Below, one piece after another: positions 35,350 through 45,565 of a DNA stretch of 64,000 nucleotides. The notes below the pieces were generated by a model, which saw nothing but the letters and a program-made list of their open reading frames with translations, was not told the origin of the DNA and searched no databases. Source of the stretch: a virus (taxonomy: Duplodnaviria; Caudoviricetes); IMG/VR virus record IMGVR_UViG_2556921664_000001, positions 1 to 64,000 of that record. One strand, given 5' to 3'. The position numbers and the translations under genes were made by a program. Positions within the stretch are counted from its first letter, which is position 1. Each line of letters starts with the position of its first letter.

Positions 35350-37156
35350 CTGCCAACTGTTTTATTTTTTTCAAGTCCTTCATGTTTTTTATTCTTGTAT
35401 TCCTTCCTTGATATTCGTCAACAAGCATTGACTGCAAAGTTTTTTTATTTTTCCCGTCCCAATAGATTAATTCAATTCTATAAAACTCATTTTCAATATT
35501 TTCAAGAGTCTGCAACGTGGAAAAAAGCCAACACCATTTTTTGATTTTATAGGCGTCTGTAATATATCTGCTGTCAGTAAACGTACACCCTTCAATTGTT
35601 GTTTTAAAGTAATATGGATTATCAGCGGAATAGGTGGCGGTGGTTTCGTCTAATTTCCATTCATAACTCTCGCAGGAATAATCCTCTATAACCGCTTCAG
35701 TAACAATATTGTCCAATATTGCTTCAGCCTGTTCTTTTCCGTAATAATCCTCTAACTGTTGCCAAAAAGCCCCTTTTATAAATTGTAGTGGTCGGGTGTC
35801 TTGCCCGTCGTCTTGGTTTTCGGGGGATACGGGCCAAGGAACAAGTACAACGTTATATATCCAATGTTCATCTTTTAGTAATTTATCCATTATTTTTTGC
35901 GAATTAACACACGCCCACCAGTTAGATTTATACTCATGTTTTGGTTTATATGTAAAATTTCGTACTTTTGTACTTGTCGGGTTCCCGTATGTATAGGTCA
36001 TTAATTTTAGTTCGGGGTCTTCAATCGTTACCCATATAGGTTTGTCACTGCTCCGTATTGCAGGACTATTCATATAACAATCGACGCCCTTAAAAAGTCC
36101 GTTGCCATATTCAAAAACAATAAAATCGTCTTGGTTTTCAGGCTGTTCTTCCTCGGTGGGTGTATGGTTACAATTAGGCATAGGCGTTTTTATAACTTTT
36201 GCCCGTGTATTGCTGTATATGATTTTTTCTTTTTCGTTGGTGACAATATAACGGGCTTCTGATATAACGCTAACCATGTTGCAGAATCTATAATCAAAAG
36301 AATTCCAAGAATTGATAAAAACGATATGAAACGAGCCAACCCAAAAATCAATCTGATATGAGCCATCGGGATGACAAGACATATTATTAATTTTTGCTAT
36401 ACTCTGTATATGTTCATGGTCAAACCCGTTCAATGAATTTACAGCAGTTAAGGCTTTTTGGTTTACTTTGTCTATATAGCTATCAAGGTTTATATTGTCT
36501 AAATTGTCCCCATCTTTTTTTACATATATACCGCCCGTGTTTTGTGCCTTTTCAAATCCTTCATAGTGAAAGATATACATTTCGTGATTGACGCCGTTAG
36601 AATAATATTTTTTTACGGTTTCAGAAAAGTCGTCTAATACCGCTGTGCATACTGCATAATAGCCCATTCTGTAGGAATTGCTTTTTTTCCTTAATCCTTG
36701 TGGATAGTACAAATTTTTGCACGTATGCCCAACTTCAAAAAGGCTTGTATTATCTATAAAACAAGCGTCTTTTATATGCCAATTTTGCGGGGTTTGTATT
36801 GTGTTTTGATTTTGTCCATTAGTCCAGATCCCTTGATTAATGTAGAATTGTGACTTGTTGCCACAAGTTATATATTGTGCGTTCGTATCGCATAACTTTT
36901 GAAATGGTTTCAGTTTCGTGTCCGTATGCCATATAGATTTGTTAGGAATAAGCCATATAATACCGCCATTTGTTGGCGTTGGAATATAAGGCTGTGCCCC
37001 CGTGAAGGTATTTCCATAGATAACCTTACCGTCGGTCCATACCTGCTGCCCTGGCGTTACAATACTGCTACCGGCGATATAGAAAGAGCGGCCGTTAATA
37101 TCGGCCGCCATATTTCCACTTACAGATGCAATTGTCGTCTGATACATCAATACCAC
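35333..37156 (-). CDS. Putative tail tip / receptor-binding protein (607 aa)
   Basis: Position in the distal tail operon; overlaps both neighbours. Confidence 0.6.
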   Translation of the reverse strand: MVLMYQTTIASVSGNMAADINGRSFYIAGSSIVTPGQQVWTDGKVIYGNTFTGAQPYIPTPTNGGIIWLIPNKSIWHTDTKLKPFQKLCDTNAQYITCGNKSQFYINQGIWTNGQNQNTIQTPQNWHIKDACFIDNTSLFEVGHTCKNLYYPQGLRKKSNSYRMGYYAVCTAVLDDFSETVKKYYSNGVNHEMYIFHYEGFEKAQNTGGIYVKKDGDNLDNINLDSYIDKVNQKALTAVNSLNGFDHEHIQSIAKINNMSCHPDGSYQIDFWVGSFHIVFINSWNSFDYRFCNMVSVISEARYIVTNEKEKIIYSNTRAKVIKTPMPNCNHTPTEEEQPENQDDFIVFEYGNGLFKGVDCYMNSPAIRSSDKPIWVTIEDPELKLMTYTYGNPTSTKVRNFTYKPKHEYKSNWWACVNSQKIMDKLLKDEHWIYNVVLVPWPVSPENQDDGQDTRPLQFIKGAFWQQLEDYYGKEQAEAILDNIVTEAVIEDYSCESYEWKLDETTATYSADNPYYFKTTIEGCTFTDSRYITDAYKIKKWCWLFSTLQTLENIENEFYRIELIYWDGKNKKTLQSMLVDEYQGRNTRIKNMKDLKKIKQLAGVENG

Positions 37157-39168
37157 CTCACAAGCTGAACGCTCTGCTTCAGCTCTCTTGTTGTCTGGCT
37201 TACAGCGTTGCTTACCAGATAATACTCATGCCCACGGAATCTGACTCTTTCGGAAAAATCGACAACGTGGCCATAGCAATAAATATCCATGGTTACAGTT
37301 TCCTTGATCTTTCTGTTAAGCCATTTCAGTTCGTTTAGATAAGCCTTCAACTTATCCCTGTCAGATGTAGGTACTTCAATTGATTCTTTTAGGCGATTAC
37401 CTCTTCCCAGGGGATTATCATTATCACCATAATTTGCTCCACCCAATGTAATTGATTCCTGATTCTGAAGGTATCTGGATGCAGCTGCAGCTGGGGAACC
37501 GGTGCCTATTGAACTGCCTGCAAATTCTCCATCGATATAAACCGATGTACCATAGAAACCTCCACCCAAAGGAGCGTGGATTGTCTTTCTGACAGTCTCA
37601 TTGTCATTCTTGTCCGTGGTAGTTTCCACTTCCTGCCCCAGAACAAGGACACCACTTTTGCTGTGGGAATATTCATAGGTTGTAACTGTCTTGGAGCCAT
37701 CTGTATGCTGAGTCGTTTTTCTTCTCAAATACTTGCTGGTTCCAAAGCCATCACCTATATAGTCATAAGTTGTTACTTCGCCGTTGATTTCTTCCCTGCG
37801 TAAATATCCTGATTCATACGAACAGAGGGCATCACCAAATTTAAGTGTTCCCCAGAACGGAAGTGGCTCGATATAAAGTCCCCGGCCGGCATCATTACCG
37901 CTATCCAGATCACTGCCAGAATAATTAATCATGCTTCGCTCAATGACACGGTTTATTATAGGGTGGGTATGTGCCGTATCTGTAATATCAATTGTTCTGC
38001 TCTCATGACCACGCTGAATTATGTTCAGGGAATTATCACCGGCCCGCATAAACACATTTATTGCCTTATGAGGGATAGAACTGGACCACCCAAAAAGGCT
38101 GGATATGATATTTTCATAGGTCTGCCCCTCACCTATCCATGTTCCAGAATGAACGAAATCATCACAGCAATAAACCAGCTTCTTACCCAAGGCGCTGGCA
38201 ATATATGATGCGTGTTCAGACAGCCTATGTGTTTTCTGCCCAGGCCCATAGTTAATGCTCCGATACAGAATTTCATCAACATCATACATTCCCTTGGCAG
38301 TAATAACCCTGTCCTGCTGTGTGGTTTCCCCCACACGATAAAGATAAGGAAAATCCAGTATCTTGCCACTGATATAATCCAGAATATTGATATTATCCGT
38401 GGTCTCCAAAGTGAAGGTATCTGCCAGGGTTAACTCCTGGAGATTCAAAGAAATGGACACCATACCGGACTTTTCCTTCTGTGCTGCTGGCTTAAACGGA
38501 TCACTGATAATTTTATCCGTTGGAATTGTCGTGTCACGAGGAATACTGATTTGGGTATCATAATAATATTTGGCTGCTGCCATTGCTTTTACAGTAGTAT
38601 CAAAATGCTGGGTTACTGTCTGAGCCGTGGTATCTCTTAATATTACAGCCGTATCATGGTATTGTTTTACATCAGCCTTGATAACTGTATTAGTATCATA
38701 ATGCTGCACCACTTCATCACGTAAGCTAATGGCTGTATCCGCACTAATACTTATATCCTGCTGTATATTGGTATAAGCATCAAAATAATAGGCTTGTTTA
38801 TCCTTGCTTTCAATACCTAAAGCAGTATCAAAATAATTTGCAGTATCAGCCTTTAAGGTTATAGCTGTACTATAATGCTTTACTGTGTCAGTCCGTAATT
38901 TGATAAAGGTATCAGCATTAACGTTTATATCCTGCTGCAAAGTTAGGGCAGTATCATAGGTTTGTTCTGTGTCTGTATTGGCTTTTATGGCCGTATCAAA
39001 ATAATAGCTTGTATCTGTGGACGATACGACGGTAGCCAATATTCTTGGCGTGCTAATACTAGATTTTTTTATGATTGCCGTTGTTAAAATTCTTGGCGTG
39101 CTTACAGCAGAATTTTTTATAATACCTGTGGTTAATATTCGGGGAGTGCTTATTGAGCTATTAGACAT
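37147..39168 (-). CDS. Putative baseplate hub / tail protein with N-terminal tandem repeats (673 aa)
   Basis: 3x16-aa STPRIL repeats then ~11x14-aa DT repeats; position in the tail operon. Confidence 0.65.
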   Translation of the reverse strand: MSNSSISTPRILTTGIIKNSAVSTPRILTTAIIKKSSISTPRILATVVSSTDTSYYFDTAIKANTDTEQTYDTALTLQQDINVNADTFIKLRTDTVKHYSTAITLKADTANYFDTALGIESKDKQAYYFDAYTNIQQDISISADTAISLRDEVVQHYDTNTVIKADVKQYHDTAVILRDTTAQTVTQHFDTTVKAMAAAKYYYDTQISIPRDTTIPTDKIISDPFKPAAQKEKSGMVSISLNLQELTLADTFTLETTDNINILDYISGKILDFPYLYRVGETTQQDRVITAKGMYDVDEILYRSINYGPGQKTHRLSEHASYIASALGKKLVYCCDDFVHSGTWIGEGQTYENIISSLFGWSSSIPHKAINVFMRAGDNSLNIIQRGHESRTIDITDTAHTHPIINRVIERSMINYSGSDLDSGNDAGRGLYIEPLPFWGTLKFGDALCSYESGYLRREEINGEVTTYDYIGDGFGTSKYLRRKTTQHTDGSKTVTTYEYSHSKSGVLVLGQEVETTTDKNDNETVRKTIHAPLGGGFYGTSVYIDGEFAGSSIGTGSPAAAASRYLQNQESITLGGANYGDNDNPLGRGNRLKESIEVPTSDRDKLKAYLNELKWLNRKIKETVTMDIYCYGHVVDFSERVRFRGHEYYLVSNAVSQTTRELKQSVQLVRWY

Positions 39169-39181
39169 TTAAGCCACCCCC

Positions 39182-40060
39182 TTATTTTTTCGCCGTTAAT
39201 GTAATATCTTTTATGTTTGTTGGCAGTTCGTCAAAATACATTCCATTACCATTGGCGGGAATTTCCTTTGTATCTGAATAATTGCCCATTGAACATTGAA
39301 TATTTTTAATCGTGTCGCCTAATACGGTCGTCGCCATGCCTACGTTACAGCCCGTTACCTTATAGCCGTTTAAAACCGATAAGTCGGGTTGTAATTTTAA
39401 TGTGCTGTTTTCTGCTTCTGAACCGTAAGAATCACCACTACTATCAAAGGTAAAACCATTATTTGTAATGGTTGCTGGTACTTCTATAACGGTTTCGTTC
39501 ATAGGAAAATATTGGTCAGAGATGATTATATTTTTCATTGTTGGAATATAATTACTCCAAAATGTACTTGCTATTTTGCAACTTATAGCTTTTACGCCTG
39601 TTTTTACATAATCCGTATATGTCCCGATTTTATCGCCGTCAAGGTAAAAATTAACTGTCCCCGCTACCGTATCAATAACTAAATATATTCTATGCCATAC
39701 ATTCATATAAATTGACGCAGAAAACACATCATTGCTTGTATTACGGAATTTTATTAGTTTTTTACTCGCATCCAAATATACCTGTATGGTTGATTTAATT
39801 ACTTTATCATAAGCCCCGTCACTCATGTATACTTGTATTGGGTAACAATTTATGTAGTTATAATTTGTGTCATAAAACAGGTCAAAAGCAACATACAACT
39901 TTGTATTTTGTACGTTAGGTAATGTGAGTTTAGCCTCACCGTTACCAATACATTTATACTTTTTATTATTTGTATAAGATTTTAAAGTGCTGTTGTCAAA
40001 AAGTGTCGGTATGCTTGAATTTATATATTTCATAACAAACCACCTCTTAAACAGCTTCAA
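39182..40060 (-). CDS. Tail protein with LamG/ConA-like beta-sandwich signature
   Basis: NVWHRIYLVIDTVAGTVNFYLDG pattern. Confidence 0.55.
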   Translation of the reverse strand: MKLFKRWFVMKYINSSIPTLFDNSTLKSYTNNKKYKCIGNGEAKLTLPNVQNTKLYVAFDLFYDTNYNYINCYPIQVYMSDGAYDKVIKSTIQVYLDASKKLIKFRNTSNDVFSASIYMNVWHRIYLVIDTVAGTVNFYLDGDKIGTYTDYVKTGVKAISCKIASTFWSNYIPTMKNIIISDQYFPMNETVIEVPATITNNGFTFDSSGDSYGSEAENSTLKLQPDLSVLNGYKVTGCNVGMATTVLGDTIKNIQCSMGNYSDTKEIPANGNGMYFDELPTNIKDITLTAKK

Positions 40061-40499
40061 CAGTAGCTTTTAAGCACACGGCGGTGCTATTGTCGTTTAT
40101 TGGTGTTGTGGCGTTGCTTGCGTCGTACTTTACCCAAAGGATAGTATTTACATCCGTTACATCATCACTAATATCTGCGCTATGTCCCCATGTGCCTTTA
40201 CTAAGAGCATCCTCAGCACTGGAGTAGTTATTATCTAGGCACACATACCAATTAGCGACATTGCCGCCAGTAGCCTGATATTCTGTACCATCCCAATAAG
40301 CAAATGAAATATTGACACCATCAGTTGTTTTATAGCCAGAATCAGTTCTTACAGCTACCTTTACAGCCTTTTGTTCTGACAGCTTCAATGTTAATGCCAG
40401 TGGGCTGGTCTGGGTATTATCCTGTGAAATAGCTGTACCGTCCTTCTTGCCAGCCGTTGGATTATTGCAATATAGATTAATCATAGTCATATCCTCCAT
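40047..40499 (-). CDS. Tail-associated protein (150 aa)
   Basis: Position; beta-rich. Confidence 0.6.
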   Translation of the reverse strand: MEDMTMINLYCNNPTAGKKDGTAISQDNTQTSPLALTLKLSEQKAVKVAVRTDSGYKTTDGVNISFAYWDGTEYQATGGNVANWYVCLDNNYSSAEDALSKGTWGHSADISDDVTDVNTILWVKYDASNATTPINDNSTAVCLKATVEAV

Positions 40500-40822
40500 A
40501 ACTCAATCTCACAATTGATGTAATTCTCGAATCTTTCCTTATAGCCATAGGCAAGAATCCTCACCCTCATCCTGGGCCATACCACACCGGAAGAATCAGT
40601 AAAATCAATGAGTTCCCGGCTCTGGTAATAATTCCAGACCTTCAAAAATTCATCCCGTTTAAACACGGCATTAAGTGTAATCTTGTCCCCACTGGCTACA
40701 CTCCCAAAATCCTGCACCACATTTCCGCCATCAGTCTGTACCAAAGTTTGGCGATCATCTGGGTGGAATTTAAAATCAATCGGAGTGGTCAAAGAGACTG
40801 CATCACCTATCCTAATCTTCAT
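40487..40822 (-). CDS. Distal tail (Dit-like) protein
   Basis: Immediately after the TMP; 111 aa. Confidence 0.55.
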   Translation of the reverse strand: MKIRIGDAVSLTTPIDFKFHPDDRQTLVQTDGGNVVQDFGSVASGDKITLNAVFKRDEFLKVWNYYQSRELIDFTDSSGVVWPRMRVRILAYGYKERFENYINCEIELWRI

Positions 40823-40826
40823 CTGC

Positions 40827-43217
40827 TTATCCTCCTCCGTAGCTTATGTTTACATTGCTGTTTTGTGGCAGCATATCAAGTATCTTCTTGGCCGCTGTAT
40901 CGGCCACTTCATGGGACACATCCTCAAGGCCATGAACATCCACATTGAGGTTGTAGTTGATATTCTCCTGAGATGCCGTAACAGGAGAAGGCGCCGGGGT
41001 ATTACCAATCTTGCTCATGACTTCTTCGTTGTAATCAGGAGCAAACATTGGAACTGCATCCGTTCCTTTCAGGATAAACCGGGTAGGCATCTTGTCATAA
41101 ATCGGAATGATGTTTTCCTTGGCGTTCTTAAATACCTGTTCAAAGCCGGCTATTTCCTCTCTTGATGTCCAGGCATCAGCAGGAAGATTGGCATCCTTTC
41201 TAAGCTGCTCCACAATAGCCTGCATAGCATTGGCCTGCTTTTCCTCCATACTTCCGCCACCGGCCATAGCCTTACGATAGAGTTTGAGGTATTTATAATT
41301 CTCCTTGAACATATGGAGCGCAGTTTCCTGTTGGAGCTGACGCTTCTGCTCCTCCGCCCATTTGGTTGCCTTGACCTCATCAAGACCTTTCTTTTCCCAG
41401 GCTTCTTTTTCACGGTCAATTTCATCCATTCTATTCTGGAATGCTGACTTCCAGACAGAGTCAATGGATCGGGCAACATCATCATTGAACTGCTTAATTA
41501 CCTTTGCCTTTTGGGCTTCAGTAGCTTTTGCCAGCTCAACCTCAGATACGCCCGCCTCTTTATACTTTTCCATAGCCTTATCAATGGAATGAAGCTGTGT
41601 TTCAAGTTCCATATGAGTAAGACCGTAAATGCTCTCCTGCATTTCCCTACTGGCCTTGGCCACATCCCCAAGACGGTTCTTTTCCGCCTGCTCCTGGGCC
41701 TTAATCTGGGCCACTTCTTTTTGCCGGGCCTTGCTACGCTTTTCAATGTCAGCATAATATTCCTTCTCTGCCTTGCTGGATCTTTCAGCATCATCATTTT
41801 TGGAGCGCTGCTGCTGTACATCATCAAATGTACGCAAGGTTGCCCCCACAAGAGGTAGCATTGTCGGGTTTCCTGCATAAGCAAGCAATGCCGTACCATA
41901 GCCGGCATCGAATTCAGCCTTAATATCACGTAATACCTCACCGACATTTCTGGCATTTACGCCAATAGCATCCAGCCCGCTTGCCACAAGGTCAATGGCT
42001 TTACCAGCCTCATGCATCACGTCAATGAGGATTTCCCCCATCAGCTTTATTTCTTCCTTGTTATCTGAAATCAGCTTTATCCAGGACACGAACATTTCCG
42101 TAATCTCAGGAAGAAGTTCCCGTGACACTGGCAGAAGTGCCGCCCCCAAAGCCATCTTGAGCTGACCCATTTCCATTTCCATCTTTTGCCACTCAAGGTA
42201 AGTTTCATGAGCCTCGGCAGGATTTAAAAGTCCTGTCGTTTTCACGCTCTTGGAAATAGCCATCAGGTCATTATATTCTTCAAGGACCGGGATAAGTGCC
42301 GCACCCTTTGCACCAAGAACTTCAGCCGTAAAGGCCTCAACCTCACCAGCTTCAGCCGCATTCCTATACCCCTTTGCTAATTGCTCCAGCTGTTCATTTA
42401 TCTGTAGTAAGTTTCCACCTTCATCAGTAATGGTGACACCAAATTTTTGAAGAGCCTTTGATGTGGCATTACCGGATGCACCGGCAGATAACAGCTGTTT
42501 ATCTATCCTAGCAATAAAAGGCGTAAGGCTGTTGATGTTAGAACCTGCCAATGAAAAAACCCTGCTCAGCTCCGCGGCTTCACCAGTTGTCATATTAAGT
42601 CGGGTCTGCAGCTTATAGAGGTTATTACCCGCCATCATGGCATCCTTGGTAATATTAAAAAGACCGGCGCCAGTACCGGCTACAGCCATAAATGCTGCCA
42701 GCTTCGCATTAAGCAGGGTATAACCTTCAGTCAGCTTGCCGATTCCAGTTCTTGCCATTCCCGCCCCTTTGGATATGGAGCTAAAAGCCCTGTTGGACTT
42801 AGGTGGTATGGCATTTAAGGAATTACCAAGGGTTCTTAGCTGTGCCTCAAGACCAGCGATGTTCTTCTGCTGATAGAGGAGATTCATCTCAGCCCTTTGG
42901 GTTATACCATGACCAATGCCATGATCTTTTACAGACCTCTGGTACTGGGCCTGAAGGATAGCTTCCTTCTGCCTTTGGATATCCAGCTGTTTATTGATGG
43001 CCTCATATTTCAGTTTTATCTTATCCAGCTCAGAGCCAACACCTGTCAGCTTTGACAAATCTACATCTGTCTTGAGCTGGATTTTCTTATTTTGGTTATT
43101 GAGCTTGGTGATGGCCTGATTGACTGTTTTCCCGGCAGTATCAAAGCCAAGTTTCAGGTCATTAATATTAAGCCCAAGACTGATATAAAGTTCTTCAATT
43201 TCCTGCCCCTTAGCCAT
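40827..43217 (-). CDS. Tail tape measure protein (796 aa)
   Basis: IEELYISLGLNI N-terminus, Ala/Gly-rich helical body, position after the tail chaperones. Confidence 0.9.
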   Translation of the reverse strand: MAKGQEIEELYISLGLNINDLKLGFDTAGKTVNQAITKLNNQNKKIQLKTDVDLSKLTGVGSELDKIKLKYEAINKQLDIQRQKEAILQAQYQRSVKDHGIGHGITQRAEMNLLYQQKNIAGLEAQLRTLGNSLNAIPPKSNRAFSSISKGAGMARTGIGKLTEGYTLLNAKLAAFMAVAGTGAGLFNITKDAMMAGNNLYKLQTRLNMTTGEAAELSRVFSLAGSNINSLTPFIARIDKQLLSAGASGNATSKALQKFGVTITDEGGNLLQINEQLEQLAKGYRNAAEAGEVEAFTAEVLGAKGAALIPVLEEYNDLMAISKSVKTTGLLNPAEAHETYLEWQKMEMEMGQLKMALGAALLPVSRELLPEITEMFVSWIKLISDNKEEIKLMGEILIDVMHEAGKAIDLVASGLDAIGVNARNVGEVLRDIKAEFDAGYGTALLAYAGNPTMLPLVGATLRTFDDVQQQRSKNDDAERSSKAEKEYYADIEKRSKARQKEVAQIKAQEQAEKNRLGDVAKASREMQESIYGLTHMELETQLHSIDKAMEKYKEAGVSEVELAKATEAQKAKVIKQFNDDVARSIDSVWKSAFQNRMDEIDREKEAWEKKGLDEVKATKWAEEQKRQLQQETALHMFKENYKYLKLYRKAMAGGGSMEEKQANAMQAIVEQLRKDANLPADAWTSREEIAGFEQVFKNAKENIIPIYDKMPTRFILKGTDAVPMFAPDYNEEVMSKIGNTPAPSPVTASQENINYNLNVDVHGLEDVSHEVADTAAKKILDMLPQNSNVNISYGGG

Positions 43218-43310
43218 TATTACACTTCCTTTATTTCAAACAGGATTTATTTAATTATTGTCGAATTGTTTTCTTAAAAAATCTTTTAGTAGAATGTACA
43301 GGAGAATAAA

Positions 43311-43553
43311 ATGAAATCACTAATATGTACTAGCTGTGGAGCATCTGAATTTATCAAAAGAGATGGATATCAAGAATGTGCCTACTGTGGTGTGAAGTAC
43401 AAACTTGAAGTTAATACTAAGGGCACTTTCATGGAAGATGAAATTGCAACCCTGCTTCAAAAATGTAAGTTAGAACCACACAATGCCAGGAAATATGCAA
43501 ATCTTATCTTGGATATCGATCCAGGCAATAAAGAGGCCATGAGATATTTATAA
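43311..43553 (+). CDS. Moron: Zn-ribbon plus TPR-like small protein
   Basis: CTSCG...CAYCG; ANLILDIDPGNKEA; opposite strand to the tail operon. Confidence 0.75.
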   Translation: MKSLICTSCGASEFIKRDGYQECAYCGVKYKLEVNTKGTFMEDEIATLLQKCKLEPHNARKYANLILDIDPGNKEAMRYL

Positions 43554-43565
43554 GGGGGATTATTT

Positions 43566-44153
43566 ATGATTACCAGAAAAGAAATATCCAAAAGATATAA
43601 TTTTAACATGAATGATTTTGATGAATTCTTGCGTAGAAACAATATTAAATGGGAATCAGAAGGATTCTTTGGAGATAAGTTTCTTCCAGATGGTTTAGAG
43701 GAATGGATAACTAGATATCAAAATGTTTTAACCGCTCGAGCTGATGAAGCTAGGAGGATGCAGGAACAAGAAAATGCAAAACAGCAAGCACTCGCTCAAA
43801 TGCTCATTAGCTCCGGATTTAATTTTGAAGGATACAAAATTGTAAAATACTCTGGCTACATCTCTGGTGATGATGTTATCCAAATTCCACGTGGCCAGGG
43901 TGGATATCTGTTTGATACTACAGCAGATGTAGGCGAAGAATTATCAAAAGCTTTACGTCAAATTCGTAGACAAGCAATTCAAGAATTAAAAGAAGCAGCA
44001 TATAACTTAGGATGCAACGCAGTTATCGGTGTCGATTTTGATTACATAACTATGGACCCAGAAACTGCAAGTGCAGCTGGCGGAACGTTATACCTACCGT
44101 ATGTTTTTTGTGTAACTGCAAATGGTAATGCTGTCGTTATTGAAAAGGAATAA
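43566..44153 (+). CDS. Moron: YbjQ/UPF0145-family protein with N-terminal extension
   Basis: ISSGFNFEGYKIVKYSG...RRQAIQELKEAAYNLGCNAVIGVDFDY...GNAVVIE. Confidence 0.85.
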   Translation: MITRKEISKRYNFNMNDFDEFLRRNNIKWESEGFFGDKFLPDGLEEWITRYQNVLTARADEARRMQEQENAKQQALAQMLISSGFNFEGYKIVKYSGYISGDDVIQIPRGQGGYLFDTTADVGEELSKALRQIRRQAIQELKEAAYNLGCNAVIGVDFDYITMDPETASAAGGTLYLPYVFCVTANGNAVVIEKE

Positions 44154-44156
44154 TAG

Positions 44157-44644
44157 TTATCCCATCACATCCTCAATATACGCCGGTTTATAATTCTTCT
44201 TGGTGATTATTACCATCTGCTCCAAAAGCACTTCCAGGTCGGACTCATCAATCTCGCTGATTGTCCATCCATAGGCTGACTGGAGCCGTTCATAATAACT
44301 TAATATATGTTCATACGGAGACAACTCTACTGAGCTGTCTCCGTTTCTGCATTTGGGGCTTTAGCAAGTTTTTCAAATGTCATTGTTTGAATCCACTTGA
44401 ATAGCTTTCTTACCATAGGGACTACATCTGCAATCTCCATATACTCATCAATAGATTCCTCATTGACCACATCAGGCTTACCGAAGGCAAGCACAATAAG
44501 ATCAATCTGCTCTTTCAAAAAATCATCCAGCTGTTCCTTGCTTCTGTCCCTGTCCGCAGACTTCAAAAAAGCCCGCCACACCTTCATCTTGGGTGCAGCG
44601 GGTTCGATTTTTTTTCCGTTGATTATGATAAAAGGTGTATCCAT
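44157..44644 (-). CDS. Tail assembly chaperone, -1 frameshifted long form (gpGT-like)
   Basis: Slippery C CCA AAT at 44351-44357, 6-nt spacer, hairpin 44315-44344; -1 frame open to 44157 (...YYERLQSAYGWTISEIDESDLEVLL...). Confidence 0.8.
44327..44644 (-). CDS. Tail assembly chaperone (gpG-like)
   Basis: Directly after the major tail protein; 105 aa. Confidence 0.85.
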   Translation of the reverse strand: MDTPFIIINGKKIEPAAPKMKVWRAFLKSADRDRSKEQLDDFLKEQIDLIVLAFGKPDVVNEESIDEYMEIADVVPMVRKLFKWIQTMTFEKLAKAPNAETETAQ

Positions 44645-44647
44645 AAA

Positions 44648-45226
44648 TTACACCTCCGTATACCACGCAGCAGCAGTTTCAGCTGTAAAGCCGGTAGCTT
44701 CCTCATCAGCCTGACGGTAGGAAAGGCCATCAGCAGTACGATAAATAGCCTTGGCGCCAAGAGTTGGTGTGTTGTAGCTGATATTCTCTGCCTTGGTCTG
44801 TGGGTTCTCATCCGGCTCATTAAACTGAACCTTGAAGAACTTGCAGAACCTCTTCTTTCCATTCTTCTTGGTGGATTCAAACATCACAGCAAAGTATGGC
44901 GAAACATCATCCTTGCTGGCTGTCATCACGCCATCCTTAATTTCATGCCCAAGAAGGTATGCCTTGTACTCCAAAGGCAGGGTGGCAATATCCACGGTCA
45001 GTTCATACTCACTGGTTGTGCTGGCGGTGTCCACTGCCTGGTTATCTGCATAAAGGGTTGCAGATGAATTCTGTGGCTTAATAGACACCTGCCGGATATG
45101 AGGAATGGAAATAATCTCTTCATAGGTTGGGGTACCGTCTTTTGGGTCATCAATGAGCTTTGCTACATGAAATCCCTTAAGCCCGATAAAAGGAGAATTG
45201 GTAATCCCCGTCTGTGGTGCTGTCAT
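44648..45226 (-). CDS. Major tail (tube) protein, phi13-like
   Basis: IGLKGFHVAKL, TLYADN, YFAVMFES...KFFKVQF. Confidence 0.9.
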   Translation of the reverse strand: MTAPQTGITNSPFIGLKGFHVAKLIDDPKDGTPTYEEIISIPHIRQVSIKPQNSSATLYADNQAVDTASTTSEYELTVDIATLPLEYKAYLLGHEIKDGVMTASKDDVSPYFAVMFESTKKNGKKRFCKFFKVQFNEPDENPQTKAENISYNTPTLGAKAIYRTADGLSYRQADEEATGFTAETAAAWYTEV

Positions 45227-45561
45227 AATGCATCAACTCCTGTTCTGTAATCTATGACCTTCATTTTAAGGCCATCTTCAATCATATCTACTGCCTGAAC
45301 CCGCATAAATCCGAGGTCAGTCATTGTTCTGTTTACCCGTCTATAAATATTGTGATAGTTCCCGTCCTTGGTTATGATATGTATTCTTACAGTCACCCTG
45401 GACTGAAGCTCCACGTTGTCCCCATGAAGGGCTGGGACATCAGATATTACCTTATAGACGATATTGGGGTATTTACATCCATGAGGACTAAGCTGATGAT
45501 AGATCCCCTTCACTCCCAGAAGGATATCTGTCCTTAGTGCCTCAACAATTTTTTCAATCAT
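45223..45561 (-). CDS. Tail completion / terminator protein
   Basis: Position; YPNIVY...VRIHI pattern. Confidence 0.75.
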   Translation of the reverse strand: MIEKIVEALRTDILLGVKGIYHQLSPHGCKYPNIVYKVISDVPALHGDNVELQSRVTVRIHIITKDGNYHNIYRRVNRTMTDLGFMRVQAVDMIEDGLKMKVIDYRTGVDAL

Positions 45562-45565
45562 GCTC

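Noticed and set aside
35808-36139. Possible DGR TR/VR or invertible repeats in the tail gene (14-bp TCGTCTTGGTTTTC twice, PENQDD)
   Set aside because: Too short, no adenine-specific mismatch pattern, and no reverse transcriptase or tail-linked invertase
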